Assembly: GCA_046483985.1 (NCBI GenBank)
Contig: JAWOCD010000025.1
Span: forward strand, 1 to 22,387
Source: Promethearchaeia archaeon
Lineage (GTDB): Archaea > Asgardarchaeota > Lokiarchaeia > Sigyniarchaeales > SOKP01
Length of the DNA stretch: 22,387 nucleotides
Direction of reading: 5' to 3'
The position numbers and the translations under genes are program-made. Below are positions 1 to 9,793 of the stretch, piece by piece. Within the stretch, counting starts at the first letter, position 1, and every line of letters begins with the position of its first letter. The notes under the pieces are model-generated. The model searched no databases, was not told the origin of the DNA, and was given only the letters and a program-made list of their open reading frames with translations.

Positions 1-369
1 GCGTGATTGATTTTGCCCTCCTTTACCTATACCGTTCGAGAGCTCATACATTTTCTGGGCTCATATGTGGGCAGATCTCCCACCCTTTTCCGAATCAATT
101 CGAATGTTCTTTAAAATTTCAGGTTATTGCATCTTTAATAACTTGTGGTCTTTTTGATTAAAATTCTACCCTTAAAAATTAAAAAGATCCTGGGAAATAG
201 AGGAAAAAATCTTGTTAATAAAAACTTAAAATTTATAAAATTTCAAGAATGAAATTAACTTATAATTTAAAGTCTTAGTAAAAATTTATACTTCTACCTA
301 TAACTTAATTCTTTAAATGATTTGAACTTATTAAAAGTAAATTTATAATTTAAGAGCGTTTATTTGAAT

Positions 370-966
370 ATGAAAGATATGAACAAAAAGAAAAAATTCA
401 ACGACATATTGGATATTGATGATGATGACAAAAAGATCATCGAAATGATTGAAGAGGATCCAAATATTACCCACAGCGATATCGCAAAGGAAGTAGAGAA
501 AAGCCAACCTGCCGTTGGCGCACGGATTATTAAATTAGAGCGAAAGAACTTACTCAAAAAACAGGTGGGATTTAATATTAAATATGTTGATATTAAAGTT
601 GCAATCGTCTATGTTTCTACAAAGGATGTAGAGAAAATCGTTAAGAAAGTCAAGACTTGCCCCTTTATCAATCACGCCTTTAAAATTTCTGGAGAATATA
701 ATTTACTCTGTTTTATCGCGGCTTCAAACTTGCAAACCATTGAACATCTGATCGATTTGTGCTTTAGAAAGGATCCAAATGTAATTAATGTGAAAACCAA
801 TGTATTAATTGATTCAATTCATAATTTTGTCCTTCCCATTGATTTTCAAATTGAAAATTTTGATGAGACATCTTCATATTGCGGTCCCGATTGTAATATT
901 AATCCAAATATCCCTGATTATAAATTTGATGATGAAGAACCAGAAGAAGAATCAGAAGAAGAATAA
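370..966 (+). CDS. Lrp/AsnC family transcriptional regulator with C-terminal CGxxC motif and acidic tail
   Basis: N-terminal HTH (IDDDDKKIIEMIEEDPNITHSDIAKEVEKSQPAVGARIIKLE), RAM domain with SGEYNL, C-terminal CGPDC. The track start at 364 is TTG; the ATG at 370 (or 379) is more likely. Confidence 0.9.
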   Translation: MKDMNKKKKFNDILDIDDDDKKIIEMIEEDPNITHSDIAKEVEKSQPAVGARIIKLERKNLLKKQVGFNIKYVDIKVAIVYVSTKDVEKIVKKVKTCPFINHAFKISGEYNLLCFIAASNLQTIEHLIDLCFRKDPNVINVKTNVLIDSIHNFVLPIDFQIENFDETSSYCGPDCNINPNIPDYKFDDEEPEEESEEE

Positions 967-1029
967 AATATCTCCTTTCTTTTATCTCTAGTCCTAAATT
1001 AATTTCTCTCGGTATTTTTAATGCTTTCC

Positions 1030-1581
1030 TTAAATTTTTCCTCGCTTTTTTGCAAGCTTATATTTACACTTATCACCACATCCGTCCTCTAAAGTTGGGT
1101 TGTGGTTTTCTGAATCAAAATCAACCGGCAAAATAAAATCCTTTGCGATATTTGACACTATTTCCATTGAGACCGAGCTTACATCTGGGTTTTTTCGAAA
1201 ATGATAATTTACAATGTTATCCAATTTTTGGAGGTCAGAGCAAGACAACATGATACAAATATTATGAGCCCCAGATACTCGAAACGCATTTAGCATAAAA
1301 GGACAAAACTTTGCCATTTCCATAATTTCGTCGGGATGCTTTGATTTTAATTCCACGATGGCAAGAAATAAATTCACTTTCTTAAAATTTATCCCTGGTT
1401 GGAATTGTAACACCCCGCTTTTCTCCAGCTTTTTGATGCGCATCCCTACGGTGGGTTGGGACCGATTTATCCTTTCTGCGATTCTCGTATGAGTCATATT
1501 AGGATCTTCTTGGACAAGACTGATTATTTTTCGGTCAATATCATCTAACTTTAATTTCTCTGAAATCATTTCTTTGCTCAT
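1030..1581 (-). CDS. Lrp/AsnC family transcriptional regulator (paralog of 370..966)
   Basis: LDDIDRKIISLVQEDPNMTHTRIAERINRSQPTVGMRIKKLE HTH, SGAHNI RAM motif, C-terminal CGDKC; convergent with its paralog. Confidence 0.92.
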   Translation of the reverse strand: MSKEMISEKLKLDDIDRKIISLVQEDPNMTHTRIAERINRSQPTVGMRIKKLEKSGVLQFQPGINFKKVNLFLAIVELKSKHPDEIMEMAKFCPFMLNAFRVSGAHNICIMLSCSDLQKLDNIVNYHFRKNPDVSSVSMEIVSNIAKDFILPVDFDSENHNPTLEDGCGDKCKYKLAKKRGKI

Positions 1582-1880
1582 TTATATTTTATAAATTATT
1601 TATAATAAATTTGATTTAATTTTAAATCTTTGTCTGGATTTGAAGGACCCTGGATTCAACTAATTTTTTTATTCGCATTCCCAAGTTCGATAATCTTCTT
1701 ATCTATTGAATTGAATTGAAAAATATTTTTACTCATTTTAAATATTCTAAGAGAATAAATTCCGAATTCACATAAAAAGATCATAACGGAACTAATAAAT
1801 TTAACGATCTGCGATTGTCAATCATAAAAAAGCCCATTTTCTGAGTCGTTCCAATTAGGAAAGCTTTAAGACCGAAAGGA

Positions 1881-3479
1881 TTATCTGTCTTCTATCTTTA
1901 TTCCTAGGTCCCATAATTTTTCTCGGATCTCATCCGATAATTCATACTGTTTTTGGTCTCTAAGTTTTTTTCTCGCATCCAGAATCACATCTAGTAAACG
2001 ATTTATAGTTTTCCCTCGTTTATCGAAACTTCCCGCTTTTTTTAAGGCTAATTCCTCAACTTCTTGGGGAAATTTTCCAAAATATTCTATTAATTGATTA
2101 CGTATTGTTGAACCTATCTTATCTTCCCGGAAATTAAAATAAAGGTTATTAATTATTTTTAATAATTCATTTGCTATCCGTCCTCTTTCATCAAAACTGC
2201 TGGCAACTCCTAATGCTAATCGTTCTTCTAAATTTGGAAAGATTCCAAAAATATTTTCTATCATCTTAACAAGCGAGAAAAATTTATCTTTGAACTCTTC
2301 AGTAAGAGGAGTATTCTTTTCGAGTATATACCGATTGATTTCCCGGAACAAACTTAGAAGTTTAGCAATCGCCACTGATGTATTAAAATCGTTATCCATT
2401 GCTTTTATGATCTCTTCTCGAGATTTTTCCAATTTTTGGATAATAAGTTCTGCATCTGGACTGTCTTCCTCCTCCACGGGACTGTTATCAATTATTTTAA
2501 TGGTATTCAGTAATTTCTCATAATTTTTTTGTGCTTGCTCCATACTGTCGAGCGAATAATTTATGGAGCTGCGATAATGGCTTGATAAAAGAAACAATCT
2601 AATAACCATCGGTTCAAATTTCTCCATGATCTCAGAGACAAGGAAAAAATTGCCTAAACTCTTGGACATTTTCTCGTCATCAATCTGTACAAATCCATTA
2701 TGCAGAAAATATTTTGCGAAAAAGTCCTTTCCCGTATATGCGGTGGATTGGGCAATCTCGTTTCGATGATGTGGAGTTTTTAGATCTTGTCCGCCTCCAT
2801 GGATATCGATCGTTTCGCCAAGATATTTGATAGCCATAGCCGAGCATTCAATATGCCATCCTGGCCTTCCTTCCCCCCACGGGCTTTTCCACGATGGTTC
2901 TCCCTTTTCTTTTGCTTTCCACAATGCAAAATCCTTCGGGTTATATTTATCTCCAAACAGAGGTTCTTCATCTTCGGGAATCGGTTCCATTTGGTTTTCC
3001 TCTTCTTCCACATTCTGAAATATAGTGTGATATCTTTCTAAGGTGTTAACTGAAAAATAGACCGAGTTATTACTTTCATAAGCGTGTCCTTTTTCGATGA
3101 GTTTCTCCACGAATTCTATAATGAAATCAATGGCTTCTGTGACCCTGGGATTGACATCCTCTTCTTTTATGTTCATTTGTTGCATAATATTTTCGTATTC
3201 CTTGATATAATATTCGCTTAACTCCTTATAGTCTTGATTCCGTTCCTTTGCCCGCTTGATAATTTTATCATCAATATCGGTGTAATTTTTTACTATTTCC
3301 ACTTTATAATCCTTGAATTCTAAGTATCGACGGATAACATCAAATACGACTGCAGATTTTGCATGTCCAAGGTGAGGACTATCATATACCGTTGGGCCAC
3401 ATACATACATTAAAACTTTGCTGGAATTTAAGGGCTTAAACATTTCCTTTTGGAACGTCAAACTATTGTAGACTTTCAT
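1881..3479 (-). CDS. cysS: Cysteine--tRNA ligase (class I)
   Basis: [13 protein letters not shown] (HIGH), [48 protein letters not shown]. Start moved to MKVYNSLT (3479) because the longer track ORF overlaps the tRNA. Confidence 0.97.
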   Translation of the reverse strand: MKVYNSLTFQKEMFKPLNSSKVLMYVCGPTVYDSPHLGHAKSAVVFDVIRRYLEFKDYKVEIVKNYTDIDDKIIKRAKERNQDYKELSEYYIKEYENIMQQMNIKEEDVNPRVTEAIDFIIEFVEKLIEKGHAYESNNSVYFSVNTLERYHTIFQNVEEEENQMEPIPEDEEPLFGDKYNPKDFALWKAKEKGEPSWKSPWGEGRPGWHIECSAMAIKYLGETIDIHGGGQDLKTPHHRNEIAQSTAYTGKDFFAKYFLHNGFVQIDDEKMSKSLGNFFLVSEIMEKFEPMVIRLFLLSSHYRSSINYSLDSMEQAQKNYEKLLNTIKIIDNSPVEEEDSPDAELIIQKLEKSREEIIKAMDNDFNTSVAIAKLLSLFREINRYILEKNTPLTEEFKDKFFSLVKMIENIFGIFPNLEERLALGVASSFDERGRIANELLKIINNLYFNFREDKIGSTIRNQLIEYFGKFPQEVEELALKKAGSFDKRGKTINRLLDVILDARKKLRDQKQYELSDEIREKLWDLGIKIEDR

Positions 3480-3518
3480 CGGTATAAAAGGTTTCTTATT
3501 TTTAGAAATTAAGAATAA

Positions 3519-3591
3519 AGCCAGCGGAGGGATTTGCACCCACGAAAAACGGCTCTGCAGGCCGCCACTTTAACTACTCAGTAACGCTGGC
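3519..3591 (-). tRNA. tRNA-Cys (anticodon GCA), no intron, CCA not encoded
   Basis: Reverse complement folds as a cloverleaf: acceptor GCCAGCG/CGCTGGC, D-arm ACT-GAGTAGTTAA-AGT, anticodon arm GCGGC-CTGCAGA-GCCGT, T-arm GTGGG-TGCAAAT-CCCTC, discriminator U73 (Cys identity element). Confidence 0.93.
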
Positions 3592-3783
3592 AATTATATT
3601 TTTATAAATTAAAAAAATTATACATATTTCTAATTATTTGAAGCAATTATTAAAAGTTATTATATTTTTTATATTCAATAGACTTTAAACAGTTTTATTT
3701 TGATTTTATTTGAATCTGACTCATTAAAATTATAATTTATTATCGCAATTTTATTTATTTTTCTTTATTTTATTCATATTAAG

Positions 3784-4251
3784 ATGGAAGAAAAAGCAAC
3801 GTTTGCAGCTGGCTGTTTCTGGGGGGTAGAGGCCGCTTTTCGCAAAATTGATGGAATAAATTCTACTCGGGTAGGATATACAGGAGGAAATTTTCCACAA
3901 CCAACGTATAAAGATGTATGTTCAGACAAAACGGGACATGCAGAAGCAGTGGAACTTATTTATGATACAGAAAAAATAACATATGAAGAATTGCTTGATG
4001 TATTCTGGAAAATCCATAATCCAACCACAGTGAACAGACAAGGTCCAGATATTGGCTCTCAATATCGTTCGGCTATCTTTTATCATAATGAGAAACAAAA
4101 AGAACTCGCCGAAAAATCTAAAAAACAAATGAATGAGAAATATAAAAGAACAATTGTTACTGAAATTGTTCCAGCCTCAAAATTTTGGGAAGCGGAGGAA
4201 TATCATCAGCACTATAAGGAAAAGCGTAAGGGGGGACTTTTTTCTCTCTAA
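3784..4251 (+). CDS. msrA: Peptide-methionine (S)-S-oxide reductase
   Basis: GCFWG active site, [35 protein letters not shown]. Confidence 0.97.
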   Translation: MEEKATFAAGCFWGVEAAFRKIDGINSTRVGYTGGNFPQPTYKDVCSDKTGHAEAVELIYDTEKITYEELLDVFWKIHNPTTVNRQGPDIGSQYRSAIFYHNEKQKELAEKSKKQMNEKYKRTIVTEIVPASKFWEAEEYHQHYKEKRKGGLFSL

Positions 4252-4516
4252 TTTTTATCCATTTTTCAAAAATTTACTAATATTAATGCGAGAAAGCAAT
4301 ATTTAGTCAATTCTTTGGAATCCTTATGTTTTGGAGTAATTACGCACCAAAAACAACCTTATCCCTAGACAATGATGTAATTTCGTTTATAATTTTTAAG
4401 GATATTCTGGCTTGTGGAGAGATAGTATACATTTGGTAGATCCTCCTATAAAAATTAAATTTATTAGACCGAAACCCGTGTTTTAAATATATCTTCGAAT
4501 TATTCCTTACAACATC

Positions 4517-5215
4517 ATGTATCTGAATTTACCCGATAATCTGAATCTTCGAAAACGATATTGTTATCTATGCGGAGATCAGATGGATTTTGGCGAGTTT
4601 TATGCAAGAAATCATACGCTCTCAGCCCTCCGTATAATGAAATTATGGGAAAATAAGAACTTAGAATTTTTTTGCTGTGCTTGTTATGATTCCATTCAAG
4701 AACAAAAAAACCTTTCAGCACCAAAACATGCTTTAGATATCGAGGAGCGAGAAGCCTTGAAGATCATCGAGCGAAGATATAAAGTATTCATCCCGTTAGT
4801 GAAATCCTTAGATTTTCAAGTAGGATTTATTATGGATGAGGGAAAAGTTAGTGGATTAAGTTTATTTAGATGCCATATTTCTGAAATTCCCAATATCCTT
4901 CCAAAGTTTTCCTCCTTAAAAAAATTGAACTTGGCATGGAATGATCTTACAAAGTTAGATAAATCAATCTGTTCTCTTTATAATCTAAGAATTCTGAATG
5001 TAAGCGGGAATAAAATAAAGGAGATATCCAAAGATATTGCAAACCTCCAGCATTTAAGGGAATTTAATTTAAGTTATAATAATTTAACAGCACTCCCTTT
5101 TACTATTGGTGCTCTTTATCGGCTAAGGCATTTAAATTTAATCCAAAATGAAATAAGCGAAACGCCCCATATCTTGCAATTTTTAAGGCGAATTGGACTG
5201 AAAATTCTCAGCTAA
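4517..5215 (+). CDS. Zn-finger (CxxC...CCxC) plus leucine-rich-repeat protein
   Basis: N-terminal CYLC...CCAC; about five LxxLxLxxNxL repeats (LKKLNLAWNDL, LRILNVSGNKI, LREFNLSYNNL, LRHLNLIQNEI). Confidence 0.85.
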   Translation: MYLNLPDNLNLRKRYCYLCGDQMDFGEFYARNHTLSALRIMKLWENKNLEFFCCACYDSIQEQKNLSAPKHALDIEEREALKIIERRYKVFIPLVKSLDFQVGFIMDEGKVSGLSLFRCHISEIPNILPKFSSLKKLNLAWNDLTKLDKSICSLYNLRILNVSGNKIKEISKDIANLQHLREFNLSYNNLTALPFTIGALYRLRHLNLIQNEISETPHILQFLRRIGLKILS

Positions 5216-5270
5216 GGGTAATTTTTTCCCCATATATAAGATTTAATTTATTGACCCTCTTTTTAAATAT

Positions 5271-6071
5271 ATGAAACAATTCTTTAAAGATGAACCCCGA
5301 CTCCTTGCTCATCGGGGGATGCCGCTCGAATACCCGGAAAATACATTACTTTCCTTTGAAAAAGCGGTTGAATTTGGAGTTGATGTAATTGAGACTGATA
5401 CTCATTATACAAAAGATAAGAGGTTTGTCATTCTCCACGATGACGAGTTATCACGGGTATCAAATGGCACGGGAAATGTGTCCGATTATACTTTAGCAAA
5501 ATTGAAAGAACTTGACGCGGCTTACAACTTTACTCCTGATGGTGGGGAAACTTATCCTTACCGGGATCAAGGGATAACCTTTGTGTCTGTGGATGAGGTG
5601 CTGAAGAAATTTCCGGATCAAAAATTCAATATCGATCTGAAAGATAATAATCCCGATCAAGTAAAAGATTGGAGCGAATTAATTGAAAAATACGATGCTC
5701 AAGACCGTGTCCTCACCGCATCGCAATATAAGGGGAATTTAAAGCAAGTCCGACAATCATTTCCGGAGATGGCAACTTGTTTTTCCGCGGGTGAAATTTT
5801 TAGTTTTTATATTCGGAATAAAATTGGGGGATATAAATGGTTGCAGAAGAAAACATACAAAGGAGATGCAATACAGATACCAGTCAAAATGGGGCCACTT
5901 CGTTTAGTTTCAGATAAAACCATAAAAAATGCCCATAAAATAGGGTTTAGAATTCATGTATGGACGATTAACGATGCAAAGACTATGCGCTCCTTGTTTG
6001 AAAAGGGAGTAGATGCCATCTTTACCGATAATCCCCGTGTTTTAAAAAAAGTGGTAGGAGAAATATTTTAA
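5271..6071 (+). CDS. Glycerophosphodiester phosphodiesterase (GDPD family, cytoplasmic)
   Basis: AHRG...PENT, ETD, HD, VWTIND, GVDAIFTDNP motifs; no signal peptide. Confidence 0.93.
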   Translation: MKQFFKDEPRLLAHRGMPLEYPENTLLSFEKAVEFGVDVIETDTHYTKDKRFVILHDDELSRVSNGTGNVSDYTLAKLKELDAAYNFTPDGGETYPYRDQGITFVSVDEVLKKFPDQKFNIDLKDNNPDQVKDWSELIEKYDAQDRVLTASQYKGNLKQVRQSFPEMATCFSAGEIFSFYIRNKIGGYKWLQKKTYKGDAIQIPVKMGPLRLVSDKTIKNAHKIGFRIHVWTINDAKTMRSLFEKGVDAIFTDNPRVLKKVVGEIF

Positions 6072-6088
6072 AGACTTAACTTTTCATA

Positions 6089-6634
6089 TTATGAGTTAAG
6101 AATTGTTATTCTTCCCTCTATCGTTTGCTGACGCTCTATAGTGGCTTTTACCGGACATATCTCTTCGACTTGTTGCAGAGCATGCTCTACTTTTTGCTTT
6201 TTCTCTTCCGTTTTAATATACCAATGATAATGAATTTTATAATACCCTGGAGGGGGAGAATCCTTCTCCTTGAGGATGCTTCGCTTGTCATAGATCCCGT
6301 TTACTTTTACTTGAATCTCTTCTACATTTAAATTCAAGAAGCTGAAATAAATCAGAGCCGAAGTTTCTAAACAATTGGCTATAGACGCTAATAAGGCTTC
6401 CATTGGATTTAGATAATTACCTGTACCCCCTAGCTCTTTAGACTCATCATTTTCCAGTACTTTCCCTCCTACTTTTGCTTTCACATGCAAGTTTTTTATT
6501 TGCTGGGAAGTTGCCGATCTCTCCGTAATATATAATTCGTCTGCTCTCTCGGAAAATTTGAGTTTCCGCATATTTTTTATCCGATCAAGAAACGAATTTA
6601 AACTTTTCTTTGAGACTAATCCTTCTTCTTCCAT
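6089..6634 (-). CDS. OsmC/Ohr family protein
   Basis: DE..ELGGTG...NPMEALLASIANC and ICPV give the two conserved Cys. ATG at 6634 preferred because the TTG at 6715 overlaps the upstream gene. Confidence 0.85.
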   Translation of the reverse strand: MEEEGLVSKKSLNSFLDRIKNMRKLKFSERADELYITERSATSQQIKNLHVKAKVGGKVLENDESKELGGTGNYLNPMEALLASIANCLETSALIYFSFLNLNVEEIQVKVNGIYDKRSILKEKDSPPPGYYKIHYHWYIKTEEKKQKVEHALQQVEEICPVKATIERQQTIEGRITILNS

Positions 6635-6687
6635 ATAAGAGAAAAATTTTTCATCCTTTTTAGAATGTTTGTTCTCTGAACTATCTC

Positions 6688-7478
6688 TTAAATATCTAAG
6701 AGATTGTTTCCGCAATTACCGCAAAATTTATCCTTCACCTGCACCTTGTAACCACATAAAGGGCAATAATTGACCCCGTTAGATCGCTGAGAAGGGGTTG
6801 GTCCCTCCTCAGTTCTTGGGTCTACCATATTTGTTTGTTGAGGTTGATGTAAATTCCCTCTCCGTATATATCTCAAGTCTTTAAGATTTGCTAATTTAAA
6901 AAATCCAATAATCTGGAATATAGCGGCAATTACTCCGGTAATAATTAAAAATCCGAGCATATATAGTATACTTGCAGTCTTAAGATTGCTGGATCCTTCA
7001 ATCCCATCTCTTCTAATATGGGGCGGAAAGGAATTCTGGTATTCTAGAAAAAAATCATGAAGACTTTCAAAAGCACGCATTTGAAATAATCCTATTAAAA
7101 ATTGCATACCAAACACTAAAAAAACCACTAAAAGAATTAAATATAAGAGATTATCGAAACCTCCATAAAGAGAAGTAGAGGGATAATAAAACATCTCCCT
7201 TATCATGAAAATAAATACAATTAATGTGATAACGGATATAATTATTTCGATTACTATTACAATTATACTGTATGATAAATATTTATAAAAAGTTTCCATT
7301 TTTTTGTCTTGAAGTTTCTTTGCAATTCTTTTTCCATTTCTTATGATCAACATATAATAAATCAAGTTAATAATAAAAATAAAAGGAAAAAGAAACCGAT
7401 CACTGTAAATATAGCTAAATAATAAAACCTTGCCCCTAATTGTATAAACTCCTTTTTTATATCGGGTTCTTTCATCAT
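6688..7478 (-). pseudogene. Multi-pass membrane protein with C-terminal zinc ribbon, frameshifted near the 5' end (or a sequencing error)
   Basis: ATG at 7478 gives MMKEPDIKKEFIQLGARFYYLAIFTVIGFF, which matches the neighbour's N-terminus (EELIKMGDRWYYIAILTILSF) and stops at TGA 7364-7362. The other frame continues PFIFIINLIYYML...CPLCG...CGNCG. One base is missing near 7385-7395. Confidence 0.75.
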
Positions 7479-7573
7479 TTTTTTTCTCAATATACTAATG
7501 CAAGGAAAATATGTAAAAAAATAGAAATAATAAAAGAAAATGTAAATGATTTTAATAGCGCGCTACTATTAGG

Positions 7574-8374
7574 CTAAAGATCTAATTCAGAACCACATTT
7601 TCCACAGTATTTTTCATTCCCTTCCAGCCTAGATCCACAGACGGGACAGAATCTGGCTTGACCAGTACTCGGAGCTGGAGGCTGGTCTTCAAGCGCCTCG
7701 GGATTTACGGGTTCTCCCTCTTCATCCTCGACGGCAGGGGGTTGATCTTGCTGGGGTTGTCCTTGAGAATATTTTAAATCACGGAGTTTTGCCAATTTAA
7801 AATACCCAATTATTTGGTAGATGATTGCAATTATCAAGGTAACAACCAAGAATGCTAAAATAACACAAAGTGCGGCAGTTTTTAATTTTTTTGAACCATC
7901 AATCACTTCTTCTCCGATGTGTTGGGGGAATAAATTTTTATTATTGACAAAAGATTCGTTTAATTTCCCGAATGCTTTATATTGTAGAATCCCCACTATA
8001 ATAAACATGACCAAAACACCACCCATGACTCCAAGGAATGGAAAGACGTTTAAAGAACTTGTAGTATAATATCCTTCGCTGGATGCAATTGAATACATAA
8101 ACGAGTACATAATAACACCGAAGAAAATCGCGACTACTATTCCTACAAACATCACGATAATACTATATAAATAGTATTTTCGGAATTCTTTCATTTTTTT
8201 GTCGTTAAGTTCTTGAGCAATTCGTTTGGCATTCCCTAAGATCAATATGAAAAATATAAAAATTATTATTCCTGGGATTACTGGGATGATAAAACTCAAT
8301 ATTGTGAGTATAGCGATATAATACCAGCGGTCTCCCATCTTAATTAATTCCTCATACAATCGTCCATTTGTCAT
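7574..8374 (-). CDS. Multi-pass membrane protein with C-terminal zinc ribbon (CPVCG...CGKCG)
   Basis: Several hydrophobic segments, a Q/P/E-rich linker and a CxxC...CxxC ribbon; clear tandem paralog of 6688..7478. Confidence 0.8.
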   Translation of the reverse strand: MTNGRLYEELIKMGDRWYYIAILTILSFIIPVIPGIIIFIFFILILGNAKRIAQELNDKKMKEFRKYYLYSIIVMFVGIVVAIFFGVIMYSFMYSIASSEGYYTTSSLNVFPFLGVMGGVLVMFIIVGILQYKAFGKLNESFVNNKNLFPQHIGEEVIDGSKKLKTAALCVILAFLVVTLIIAIIYQIIGYFKLAKLRDLKYSQGQPQQDQPPAVEDEEGEPVNPEALEDQPPAPSTGQARFCPVCGSRLEGNEKYCGKCGSELDL

Positions 8375-8457
8375 TTAACTTATACCTTGATTTTATTAAT
8401 TTTAATTTCAATACTTTACTTTTTTATTAGAAGAATAAGAAATATACCTTAATATAA

Positions 8458-9381
8458 TTAAATGTTATAAATATCGGTAGATAAATATCGTTCACCGGTA
8501 TCGCAGACGATAAAGACAATGTTTTCCTCTCTCATAAAGTTATCTGCAATTTTATTTAAGGTGGCCCATGCAACCGCTCCACTGGAAATACCCCCAAATA
8601 TTCCCTCTAATTGCGCCAATTTTCGTGCAGTATCTACAGCATCCTCATACGAAACGGGCACTACTTCATCATATACCTTCGTATTTAAAACCTTGGGCAC
8701 AAATCCTGCTCCAATCCCTTGAATCTTATGTTTTCCGGATTTTCCGCCCGAAAGAACTGGTGATTTAGCAGGTTCAACCGCAAACACTCTCAATCGTTGT
8801 CCGACCCGATCTTTTAATATTTCGCCCACCCCAGTGATGGTTCCTCCCGTTCCCACACCCGCCACAAATCCATGAAGTCGACCAGCTAAATCATTAAATA
8901 TCTCCTTTGCAGTGGTCTGTCTATGAATTTCTGGATTGGCTTTATTTTTAAATTGTTGGGTGAAATATGCATTATCCTCCTCAGCCAACTCTTCAGCTTT
9001 TTGAATGGTGGTTTCTAAACCTCCTTCTGGAGAAGTTAAAACTAAATTTGCTCCATAAGCTTTTAATATTCTTCGCCTTTCAACGGATACTGATTCGGGC
9101 ATAACTATAGTTAAATGATATCCTTTTGTTGCGCAAACTAATGCTAATCCAATACCCGTATTTCCAGAAGTTGCCTCAATGATATGACTTTCTTCATTGA
9201 TTAGCCCTTCTTTCTCGGCTTTCTCGATCATTGCCAGTCCAATTCTGTCCTTGCTGCTTCCCCCTGGATTAAAATACTCCAATTTTGCATAAACATTTGG
9301 TTTTAATTCTTTTCCTATCTGATTGAGCTTTACTAACGGGGTTTTCCCAATAGTTTCAATTATATTATTGTACTTTGTCAT
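8458..9381 (-). CDS. cysK: Cysteine synthase A (O-acetylserine sulfhydrylase)
   Basis: IGKTPLV, NPGGSSKDRIG (PLP lysine), EATSGNTGIGLA, GVGTGGT, HKIQGIGAGF, DTGERYLST. Confidence 0.95.
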   Translation of the reverse strand: MTKYNNIIETIGKTPLVKLNQIGKELKPNVYAKLEYFNPGGSSKDRIGLAMIEKAEKEGLINEESHIIEATSGNTGIGLALVCATKGYHLTIVMPESVSVERRRILKAYGANLVLTSPEGGLETTIQKAEELAEEDNAYFTQQFKNKANPEIHRQTTAKEIFNDLAGRLHGFVAGVGTGGTITGVGEILKDRVGQRLRVFAVEPAKSPVLSGGKSGKHKIQGIGAGFVPKVLNTKVYDEVVPVSYEDAVDTARKLAQLEGIFGGISSGAVAWATLNKIADNFMREENIVFIVCDTGERYLSTDIYNI

Positions 9382-9595
9382 ATTCTTAGGTGATTAAAAT
9401 TTAGGATTTCTTATATATTTCTTAATTGTATGTGCTGTGGTATAAATTATATCTTAAAAAAAAACGTTCTGATTCCTTGTTAAATTTGTTAAGTAAGAAA
9501 ATTATAAATTTTTTGAAATTTTTAGTTATATGTTATTTTAATTTTGATAAGGCTTCAAGAGACCGAAAATCAAGTTTAACTTTTGGGGAAGAAAC

Positions 9596-9793
9596 ATGAA
9601 AGAAAAAATTCAATTAGAAATTTCTAAAGAAAATAATCGACGCCTAACTGCGATTAGTCAGTTCTTAGATCTCCCTTTATCTCACTTGGCAGAATTAGCG
9701 TTTCAAGAGCTTTTTTTAATGATCCAAGATGACACCGATATATTTCTAAAAGAGATTGGTTTTTATGAAAAATTACACAAGCAAATTACCTAA
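9596..9793 (+). CDS. Small hypothetical protein, possibly ribbon-helix-helix DNA-binding
   Basis: ATG start; N-terminal strand KIQLEIS followed by two amphipathic helices, the second starting LSHLAELAF, as in CopG/RHH proteins. Confidence 0.5.
   Translation: MKEKIQLEISKENNRRLTAISQFLDLPLSHLAELAFQELFLMIQDDTDIFLKEIGFYEKLHKQIT

Noticed and set aside
3480-3539. 20-aa N-terminal extension of CysRS in the ORF track
   Set aside because: It overlaps the tRNA-Cys gene; MKVYNSLT is the typical CysRS start.
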